From positions 551,466-593,089 of the forward strand of contig NC_069001.1 in the NCBI RefSeq assembly GCF_001194135.2: a stretch of DNA of 41,624 nt, given 5' to 3'. This document shows positions 36,701 through 41,624 of the stretch, in pieces. The notes under the pieces are model-generated. The model saw nothing but the letters and a program-made list of their open reading frames with translations, searched no databases and was not told where the DNA came from. Source of the stretch: Octopus bimaculoides (Eukaryota). How positions within the stretch are numbered: position 1 is the stretch's first letter; every line of letters begins with the position of its first letter. The position numbers were made by a program, and so were the translations under genes.

Positions 36701-39411
36701 AAGAATTAATCCTGGGAATGTTAGAAACATACAACTATGAAGAGGTTAGTTCCATCGTTTTTTTCCTTCCTCCTCCACTTCTTTCTTTTTCCCCCTCTTC
36801 TTTTCTTTCTTCTTCCTCTTTTCTTTTTCCCCCCTTTTCTTGTTTCTTCTTCTTTCCTTCCTCTTCCTCCTTGATGAAGAGAGAGAGAGAGAGAGGACAC
36901 ATGCCAGTCTGAATGATCACCCTTCATGCGTCAGGTGATGTGTGTGTGTATTTCTAAGAAAAGGCAATGACTGCCCTAGATATGTATCTCTACATTGTGT
37001 CCTCTCCTTCCTTTCTGACAGACATTGATGAAAACCTGCAAGAACCTGTTGCATCATGATCTCCACCTGCACTTGAAGCGTCTGAGATCCGAGGCTGTGA
37101 AGGGTTTCATGCCCTGCACCGAGCACTGCAGCCTGTGCAACAAGACACTGTCTCATGCTGCCGATGCCGACCTCCTACTTATATTCAGGTGAGTCCCACA
37201 AATAGAAAGATGGGCCATGCATGTTGGCTGCTTGGTTGGAACATGGGTCCTCCTGTCTTTCAGTCTCAACTTTGGCTGTTTTGTATCAATCCTTCTGTTC
37301 ATATTACATCATGTAGCGCTTGTAGATATATACGTCTCTCTCTCTCCCTCTCCGTATATGTATACATTTGTATGTATGCATATATATATATATATTTATA
37401 CACCGGAATTAGCACATAAATGTGCAACAAGGTGGAGAAAAGAGTACTCAAATACCAGAGGTAGAGTAATATGCTTTATTTAAAAGTAGCAGAAATATAA
37501 CAAAAACTGTATTCTGCAAGAATCCTAAGAAAGATTCTTGTGTCTTGAGGAAACTTGTTATCAACAAGCCTCAAGACAGTATCCTGTAACAGTTAAGATA
37601 ATGATTTCAAATTCTGGCACAGAGCCAGCAATTTTAGGTGGGGGATGTAAGTCAAGGACATCAACCCCAGTATTTGACTGGTACTTAATTTTATTGACCC
37701 CCAAAAAGATAAAAGGCTAAGTTGATCTCAGCAGGATTTGAACTCAGAATGTAAAGAGCCAGAGGAAATGCTTCTAAGTATTTTGTCCGATATGCTAACA
37801 ATTCTGCCAGCTTGCTCCTTTAATAATGAAAATGCAGAGGGCCTGAAATTTGGGGGGGTTGGAGGTTAGCCAATTATTTCAACCCCAGTGCTCAACTGGT
37901 TTCATCAACCCCAAAATGATGAGAGGCAAAGATGACCTTGCCAATATTTGAACTCAGAATGTAGAGAGAGATGAAATGCTGCTAACCATTTTGTCCAACA
38001 TGGTAATGATTCCATCAGCTTGCCACCTTAATAATAATAATAATTGATAATAATAATTTTGAAAACTATTTTAAAAATATACTTTTCTGATATTTTGTTT
38101 CTATACTCTTTGTTATTACTTTGTGTAACCATGCTGGAGCACTTCCAGTCAAACAAAAGAACACTCACATGGCAGAGAATTGAACTGCCAACCCTGCTTT
38201 GCTGTCACACACATGTCATCTGATCATATAATGGCAGGAATGCAAATTCATAGATTTATTTCTTTATTTGCATTTTTTGTATTATTGTGTTCTGTTTTCT
38301 GTTGTTCAAGATGTGGCCATAGTTACCACACGAGCTGCCTGCGTGGAATCGGTTCGTTGCACGTAATTGATGGTGAAGATTTTTGGAGCTGTTATTTATG
38401 CAGCAACTCAAAGAAGAAAGGTCGTACTCAGAGTACACGTTTCCACAGAGCCTCCACCTTGAGCTCCGTTGTTGCTCAGTCTAGTCACAGTGGGGCTCTG
38501 GCAACACAGACCAAAGAGGCAAGTAGCAACCCTTTTAACATTTAACCGTTTTCCATTCTTTTAAATTTCCAGTTTTTAATTAAATATGATTTAATTTCTG
38601 GTGTATACAATTAAAACAGTATTATTTATATTCCTTACATTTGTCAACAAAAAATATATATGCATAATTTGTTTATATATGTATAAAATGTATTAAAATT
38701 TCTTTAGATTTAATAAAACTGAAAACAATTAGGACTGTTTGTAAGTTTTAGAAAAAATATATAAGGAATTGGTTAATTTAAATTATAATAGCCATCTGTG
38801 TATTATACGTAATGTATTCACACTTTTTTATAGGCCAAATTACTGAAGTATTTATCCTGAGATAACATGTCTCATTGAATTGCTTTGCTAAAACACAACA
38901 AATATCAGAGAGAGAGGAAAATTCATGGCTCCCTCACTGGCTGCTGCTGCTGCTGCTGGCAGAAATTTTCATCTCAGAACAAACTCTGTAGTAATTGGCC
39001 TATCAACTTCCAAGTGCACCAATCCACTCTCTTTGTTGCCCACAACAAGCATATTTCCCACTTTTTCTTCTTCTTCTTTCTCTTTGATCTTATTGTCTCC
39101 AAGACATGCTCTGGCGATTATCTGATGGTCACACTGAATCATTCCATTCCACAGGATTTAGCAATCGTCTTTCTCCTTTCCAGATTTGGTCATACCACAT
39201 CTTTTTAATCTTTCCTGACCATAATTTCCACAGAGCTCCCAACGCATCAGTCTTGCTACACTCTCATGGCATCTTTTCTATTCACATTGTTATTATTATT
39301 ATTGTTGTTGTTGTTCTTGTTATTGCTGCTATTTTTCTCCAGGAATACATCGACCCTCAGCATGCTGAAGCCTTTGAAAATTTACGGAAATCCATGAAAA
39401 CCCCTTCAAGG
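2241..39411 (+). CDS. VPS8: Vacuolar protein sorting-associated protein 8 homolog (CORVET subunit), 42 coding exons in window, 3' partial
   Basis: Hand-spliced exons give 1357 uninterrupted codons with consistent phases. Peptides match recalled vertebrate VPS8 motifs ([72 protein letters not shown]) and end in a RING-H2 ([19 protein letters not shown]). Confidence 0.97.
2650..3047. other. Assembly gap (N run)
   Basis: 398 N. Confidence 1.
3240..3415 (+). mobile_element. SINE fragment, family B (gagttcaaattcc...gcctttcatccttt core)
   Basis: Same core recurs at 9490-9680, 16085-16295, 16720-16930, 31790-31900 (+) and 25200-25520, 32070-32230, 35040-35150, 37600-38040 (-). Confidence 0.7.
3597..3665 (+). 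CDS. VPS8: VPS8 exon 2
   Basis: ttgcag|[23 protein letters not shown]|gtgagt. Confidence 0.95.
3960..4099 (+). CDS. VPS8: VPS8 exon 3
   Basis: ttgtag|[46 protein letters not shown](A)|gtgagt. Confidence 0.9.
4153..4725 (+). mobile_element. Two tandem tRNA-derived SINE copies, family A
   Basis: ggcatggctgtgtggttaag..ggttctgggttcagtcc (A/B-box-like head), internal (CA)n, tail gtgccccagcatggccacagtctaatgac; related copies at 5215-5360, 5900-6030, 19190-19445, 20705-20780, 21620-21735 (+) and 12420-12545, 17430-17570 (-). Confidence 0.8.
5079..5169 (+). CDS. VPS8: VPS8 exon 4
   Basis: ttccag|(A)[30 protein letters not shown]|gtaagt. Confidence 0.93.
5704..5736 (+). CDS. VPS8: VPS8 exon 5 (33 nt)
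   Basis: tttcag|[11 protein letters not shown]|gtaagt. Confidence 0.93.
6060..6298 (+). mobile_element. Decayed RTE-like LINE 3' end with (GAT)n tail
   Basis: [38 protein letters not shown] resembles the RTE C-terminal W..AQDR..W motif; ends acctgacctgatctgatgatgatgat. Confidence 0.5.
6495..6549 (+). CDS. VPS8: VPS8 exon 6
   Basis: ttacag|[18 protein letters not shown](D)|gtaagt. Confidence 0.95.
6709..6833 (+). CDS. VPS8: VPS8 exon 7
   Basis: ctttag|(D)[41 protein letters not shown]|gtaaat. Confidence 0.96.
7510..7545. repeat. (TA)n microsatellite, representative of many (TA)n/(CA)n/(CAT)n tracts
   Basis: Similar tracts at 6860, 12335 (GT)n, 12905, 13300-13480, 14385, 17875-18030, 24450, 27680. 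Confidence 0.95.
7652..7738 (+). CDS. VPS8: VPS8 exon 8
   Basis: ttctag|[29 protein letters not shown]|gtaagt. Confidence 0.96.
8248..8315 (+). CDS. VPS8: VPS8 exon 9
   Basis: tttcag|[22 protein letters not shown](K)|gtaagt. Confidence 0.96.
8648..8698 (+). CDS. VPS8: VPS8 exon 10
   Basis: cttcag|(K)[16 protein letters not shown](S)|gtatgt. Confidence 0.95.
9040..9430. mobile_element. Abundant interspersed repeat, family C (ctctcggagtggttggcgttaggaagggcatccagc core)
   Basis: Core recurs at 22270-22680, 23760-24180, 25620-25745, 28640-28880, 34140-34300, often ending ccatgccagcatgg..cgttaaacgatgatga. Confidence 0.85.
9872..9974 (+). CDS. VPS8: VPS8 exon 11
   Basis: ttccag|(S)[34 protein letters not shown]|gtaaga. 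Confidence 0.95.
10334..10390 (+). CDS. VPS8: VPS8 exon 12
   Basis: ttccag|[19 protein letters not shown]|gtaccc. Confidence 0.92.
10574..10696 (+). CDS. VPS8: VPS8 exon 13
   Basis: ttccag|[41 protein letters not shown]|gtaaaa. Confidence 0.95.
12951..13295. other. Assembly gap (N run)
   Basis: 345 N, flanked by (TA)n. Confidence 1.
13654..13734 (+). CDS. VPS8: VPS8 exon 14
   Basis: tttcag|[27 protein letters not shown]|gtgagt. Confidence 0.9.
14536..14619 (+). CDS. VPS8: VPS8 exon 15
   Basis: tcacag|[28 protein letters not shown]|gtaagt. Confidence 0.95.
14860..15175 (-). mobile_element. tRNA-headed SINE on the minus strand
   Basis: Reverse complement reads ggtggttaaggtgtttcactc..ggtttcaattcc..gcattgtgtcttcttgagcaaaacattt..gctccagcccattcaggtgtaaatgag. 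Confidence 0.6.
15281..15367 (+). CDS. VPS8: VPS8 exon 16
   Basis: cttcag|[29 protein letters not shown]|gtaaat. Confidence 0.96.
15485..15494. other. Assembly gap (N run)
   Basis: 10 N. Confidence 1.
15821..15910 (+). mobile_element. Short LINE APE-endonuclease-like remnant
   Basis: [30 protein letters not shown] resembles the GGVAILFK motif of APE domains; only 30 codons. Confidence 0.4.
16085..16295 (+). mobile_element. SINE family B copy with (ATT/ATC)n tail
   Basis: ggtagaatcgttagcacaccagacaaaatgcttagc..aaattcc..gcctttcatccttttggg; tail 16290-16370. Confidence 0.8.
16372..16706 (-). mobile_element. 5'-truncated R4/Dong-type RLE retrotransposon 3' end
   Basis: [56 protein letters not shown], short 3' UTR, (TAA)n tail; ATT repeats on both sides. 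Confidence 0.85.
16720..16930 (+). mobile_element. SINE family B copy
   Basis: gaggtggtgagctggtagaatc..gaggtcgactttatctttcatcctttcggggtcaataaaataagtacc. Confidence 0.8.
17078..17099. repeat. Short interstitial (CCCTAA)n tract
   Basis: ctaaccctaaccctaaccctaa. Confidence 0.9.
17777..17875. other. Assembly gap (N run)
   Basis: 99 N, (TA)n on the right. Confidence 1.
18082..18192 (+). CDS. VPS8: VPS8 exon 17
   Basis: tatcag|[37 protein letters not shown]|gtacgt. Confidence 0.96.
18553..18700 (-). mobile_element. Decayed mariner transposase C-terminus
   Basis: [10 protein letters not shown] / [26 protein letters not shown] with one frameshift; resembles the mariner FF..GI..L..RW.KCV motif. Confidence 0.75.
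18766..18903 (+). CDS. VPS8: VPS8 exon 18
   Basis: ttgcag|[46 protein letters not shown]|gtacgt. Confidence 0.96.
19544..19636 (+). CDS. VPS8: VPS8 exon 19
   Basis: cttcag|[31 protein letters not shown]|gtaaac. Confidence 0.95.
19933..20190. repeat. Degenerate minisatellite, about 5.5 units of 46-51 bp
   Basis: Approximate unit atactaaccacatgtgtagatataatagttagtaaaatatattaaa repeated in tandem. Confidence 0.85.
20356..20402 (+). CDS. VPS8: VPS8 exon 20
   Basis: tcccag|[15 protein letters not shown](V)|gtaagt. Confidence 0.94.
21186..21408 (+). CDS. VPS8: VPS8 exon 21
   Basis: tttcag|(V)[34 protein letters not shown]...[17 protein letters not shown]|gtaagt. Confidence 0.97.
22099..22240 (+). 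CDS. VPS8: VPS8 exon 22
   Basis: ttctag|[47 protein letters not shown](D)|gtgagt. Confidence 0.97.
23042..23084 (+). CDS. VPS8: VPS8 exon 23
   Basis: ttacag|(D)[13 protein letters not shown](S)|gtaagt. Confidence 0.95.
23648..23720 (+). CDS. VPS8: VPS8 exon 24
   Basis: ctttag|(S)[24 protein letters not shown]|gtaaag. Confidence 0.96.
24340..24385 (+). CDS. VPS8: VPS8 exon 25
   Basis: ttttag|[15 protein letters not shown](N)|gtaggt. Confidence 0.9.
25832..25905 (+). CDS. VPS8: VPS8 exon 26
   Basis: ttccag|(N)[24 protein letters not shown]|gtaagt. Confidence 0.96.
26624..26658 (+). CDS. VPS8: VPS8 exon 27 (35 nt)
   Basis: actcag|[11 protein letters not shown](G)|gtaaga. Confidence 0.9.
26758..27207 (+). 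mobile_element. Decayed mariner 3' fragment with right TIR
   Basis: [62 protein letters not shown] across frameshifts; ends aactttatagccaacccaata (mariner TIR-like). Confidence 0.9.
27360..27426 (+). CDS. VPS8: VPS8 exon 28
   Basis: ttgcag|(G)[22 protein letters not shown]|gtgagt. Confidence 0.95.
28257..28489 (+). CDS. VPS8: VPS8 exon 29
   Basis: ttgcag|[36 protein letters not shown]...QLAENAK(F)|gtaagt. Confidence 0.97.
29280..29364 (+). CDS. VPS8: VPS8 exon 30
   Basis: ttccag|(F)[28 protein letters not shown]|gtaagg. Confidence 0.96.
29945..30046 (-). mobile_element. CR1/L2-type LINE C-terminal remnant
   Basis: [27 protein letters not shown] matches the R...WN.LP..VV...S..SFK motif. 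Confidence 0.6.
30194..30292 (+). CDS. VPS8: VPS8 exon 31
   Basis: cctcag|[33 protein letters not shown]|gtaagc. Confidence 0.94.
30495..30790 (-). mobile_element. Penelope-like element fragment (linker and Cys-rich region before GIY-YIG)
   Basis: [46 protein letters not shown], then [21 protein letters not shown]. Confidence 0.85.
30877..31016 (+). CDS. VPS8: VPS8 exon 32
   Basis: ttccag|[46 protein letters not shown](K)|gtgagt. Confidence 0.94.
31347..31503 (+). CDS. VPS8: VPS8 exon 33
   Basis: ttccag|(K)[30 protein letters not shown]...GYRLEETLK|gttggt. Confidence 0.94.
32283..32372 (+). CDS. VPS8: VPS8 exon 34
   Basis: caccag|[30 protein letters not shown]|gtaagt. Confidence 0.95.
32728..32791 (+). 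CDS. VPS8: VPS8 exon 35
   Basis: aaacag|[21 protein letters not shown](E)|gtttgt; poorly conserved peptide, but the phase 0 to phase 1 bridge exactly joins exons 34 and 36. Confidence 0.8.
32875..33090 (+). mobile_element. Penelope-like GIY-YIG endonuclease fragment
   Basis: [53 protein letters not shown]; truncated after the catalytic Arg. Confidence 0.85.
34689..34786 (+). CDS. VPS8: VPS8 exon 36
   Basis: ttctag|(E)[32 protein letters not shown]|gtgagt; 5' boundary depends on exon 35 (a phase-0 AG at 34690 is an alternative). Confidence 0.88.
35663..35744 (+). CDS. VPS8: VPS8 exon 37
   Basis: aactag|[27 protein letters not shown](D)|gtgagt. Confidence 0.95.
36063..36145 (+). CDS. VPS8: VPS8 exon 38
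   Basis: taacag|(D)[27 protein letters not shown]|gtaagt. Confidence 0.95.
36664..36744 (+). CDS. VPS8: VPS8 exon 39
   Basis: tttaag|[27 protein letters not shown]|gttagt (AAG acceptor). Confidence 0.94.
37022..37188 (+). CDS. VPS8: VPS8 exon 40 (first half of RING-H2)
   Basis: tgacag|[55 protein letters not shown](R)|gtgagt. Confidence 0.95.
38311..38518 (+). CDS. VPS8: VPS8 exon 41 (second half of RING-H2), GC donor
   Basis: ttcaag|(R)[30 protein letters not shown]...LATQTKE|GCaagt; phase 0 matches exon 42. Confidence 0.9.
39040..39280 (-). mobile_element. Decayed R4/Dong-type RLE fragment
   Basis: [23 protein letters not shown] / WYDQ / [16 protein letters not shown] / [14 protein letters not shown]; the PD..D core is deleted. 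Confidence 0.75.
39343..39411 (+). CDS. VPS8: VPS8 exon 42
   Basis: ctccag|[23 protein letters not shown]|gtaagt; resembles recalled vertebrate LDPQQIQAFDQLCRLYRGSSR. Confidence 0.92.
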
Positions 39412-39949
39412 GTAAGTCTCGTTCTGGCCTCTCATATTTCAGTCAACAATTACGGTGGTGGTGGTGGTGGGCAGGACAATGCAGATTGGAGCAGAGGGAG
39501 GTAGCGAGAGGGAGTGCAATGCTATAGAGTTAGCAGGGGGTAGGGGCTACTGGGGTGGGGGGTATAAAACCCCAGATAGCAAAGATTAAGTGCATTTGAC
39601 ACTCACTGCATGAACCCACAACGCTATGGACCAGGGAATTTTGTTTGAGAAGAAGAGTTACGTATCTTTTCTCTTTGCCTGGCACTGTGGCCAAGCTGGT
39701 GCACTGCTTTGTAGGGTCTAGTCAAATAAATAGACCCCTTTTAAGCTTGCTTTCCTTGTTTCAATACACTGTGTAATTATAGTGAAAAATATTGTGTGGT
39801 TAGACAATCCAAGGTCTATTTTATAGCATATTGACATAGAAATTATTTTTCTTTTGCCCTTATTTATGATTATATATATATAAAAATTAACAGAACAAAA
39901 TAAAAAAATCCAAGGCTGTGAAAGATTTTAGAACATTTATAAAGAGAAG

Positions 39950-39997
39950 GTCTTACAGCTGTTTCCAGGATATTTAATATATCCCTTCATCAGAGAC
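39950..39997 (-). ncRNA. Minimal type-I hammerhead ribozyme motif (Penelope-associated type)
   Basis: Minus strand: GUCU-CUGAUGA-A-GGGAUAU(AUUAA)AUAUCCU-G-GAAA-CAGCUGUA-AGAC; stems I and II pair, palindromic stem III ACAG/CUGU, GUA triplet. Confidence 0.75.
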
Positions 39998-40086
39998 GGT
40001 CCGAGAAAATGGTTAAGCAATAGTTATTCTAGAGAAGATATGAAATAGCGAGTGAAGTGGAGGAATGAAAATAGACATGAGATATT

Positions 40087-40270
40087 CAGGGATATTGTAT
40101 CTGCAGTTCCATTATTTAAGCAGAATGGTAGACATATAAGATTCCAGTACCTTGAACGTTCCAATAGCATTTAAAATTAGTCATTCTATTGGAACTTACT
40201 CACAAGGGATTGGAATCTTATACGTACACCATTCTGCCTGAATAATGGATCTATAAATGCAATATCCCTG
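40087..40270. repeat. 184-bp imperfect inverted repeat (fold-back/MITE-like)
   Basis: Left arm cagggatattgtatctgcagttccattatttaagcagaatggtagacatataagattcca aligns without gaps to the reverse complement of the right arm. Confidence 0.9.
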
Positions 40271-40989
40271 CATTTGTGGGCCTTGAGCTAGTATTTAGCA
40301 GGGGGGGAGGGTTCAATCCCTTCTTGAAATTATGAAGCGTTATATATTTTATCTTTATCTGTCATCATTAGACTGTGGCCATGCTGGGGCAGCATTAATT
40401 TTCGTTAAATGAATTGATACCTGCTCTTCTCTTTTAAGCCTGGTTCTTATCCATCAGTCTCTTTTTCCAAACCACTTCATTATAAAGATGCAAACACACC
40501 AATGCCAGTTGACAAACAGTGGTTGGGACACAACACATGTATATATGTGTATATATATATACGTATATACATGTGTATATGGGTATATACATGTGTATAC
40601 TTATGTATATACATATATATATATGTATATATAACTTTTTATAAGGAATATTCTAAAAGAATATGTAAGTGCTCTATTATTTTGAGCAAATAAATATATA
40701 TATATATATGTGTGTGTATATTTTTATATTATTAATAAATTCATAAAATTATCAATAATCAATAATATAGCAGGAAATCAATATTTAAGATTAAAAATTT
40801 CGAAAGATATACATCCAATATGACATGGTAATATAATAAATTTAAAAATTTAAGATATACGAAATATAAGTATAAATATATATAAAAATATGAATGTAGA
40901 TAAAGATACATGTGAATATAAATGCATATAAAAATTTATGCGTAATTGAGCATGAATATTATAAAGTCTAGAATCTAAAGAAAATTAAA

Positions 40990-41066
40990 CGTTTGATGAT
41001 CGTTTCGCGGATACTATTGTAATCAAAAGATCAGCATATTATCAATAATTCTGCTCTTCGGAGATG
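40990..41066 (-). ncRNA. Degenerate hammerhead ribozyme motif
   Basis: Minus strand: CAUCU-CCGAAGA-GCAGAAUUAUUG...CAAUAGUAUCCGC-GAAA-CGAUCAUC-AAACG; U4C core variant, mismatches in stems I and III. Confidence 0.5.
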
Positions 41067-41254
41067 AATGGTATATGTAATAATAATCAAAATATTAAAA
41101 AATATTTAAAATATTAAAGTGTATACTGTCCTTTAAAGAAATTGTAAAATTAATCCTCCTATAATTTGGAAAGTTCATTTTTTTATCCTTTGTTGAAACA
41201 TTAAGTGAAATATATAAATAAATAAATATATATATATAAATAAATAAATATATG

Positions 41255-41560
41255 CCAAAACATTTGAGAGACCTGCAAGACACGGATGTGGAGGTCTTCA
41301 AGACAAAACTCGACGCTTTCCTCTCCACGATACCAGACGAACCAATGGCTCGAAATGAGACACAGTTTAGGGCAGCGATGTCAAATTTTCTTATACACCA
41401 GATGTGCCATCAAAACTCCTGATTGGACCATGTCAGGTGGGGGAGAAAAGCCATGCAAGGAACGTGAAGAGAGCAAAGCATAAAGACAGAAAATCACGAT
41501 GGTGCTCCAGCATGACCACACCCACTTGGCTGAAACCCATAAATAAATAAATAAATATAT
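41255..41560 (+). mobile_element. 5'-truncated CR1/L2-type LINE 3' end with (TAAA)n tail
   Basis: PKHLRDLQDTDVEVFKTKLDAFLSTIPDEPMARNETQFRAAMSNFLIHQ, 3' UTR, then ataaataaataaat. Confidence 0.8.
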
Positions 41561-41624
41561 ATAAATAAATATATATATAAATAAATAAATATATATAAAT
41601 AAATAAATAAATATATATATATAA

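Noticed and set aside
39412-41624. VPS8 terminal exon
   Set aside because: No acceptor followed by a plausible LALL..L-type C-terminal peptide was found; it presumably lies beyond the window.

Overview
AT-rich, repeat-dense animal genomic DNA from a draft assembly with four N-gaps. The repeat families, microsatellite load and TTAGGG-type repeats suggest a cephalopod, most likely Octopus (inference). One + strand gene fills the window: VPS8, the CORVET tethering-complex subunit. I traced 42 coding exons by hand from ATG 2241 to 39411. All 41 introns between them join in consistent phase, giving 4071 nt (1357 codons) with no internal stop: acidic N-terminus, beta-propeller, alpha-solenoid, RING-H2. 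The terminal exon is not in the window. The introns hold many SINE copies and decayed fragments of R4/Dong-type RLE retrotransposons, Penelope-like elements (PLE), CR1/L2, RTE and mariner. Most notable: (1) a well-formed antisense minimal hammerhead ribozyme, a second decayed one and a 184-nt fold-back clustered in the intron after exon 42; (2) a PLE GIY-YIG fragment in frame with VPS8 exon 35 behind a weak donor; (3) a GC-AG intron whose read-through would end the protein shortly after the RING; (4) a head-to-head telomeric palindrome at the window start. Homology calls are from recalled motifs, not database searches, and repeat boundaries are approximate.
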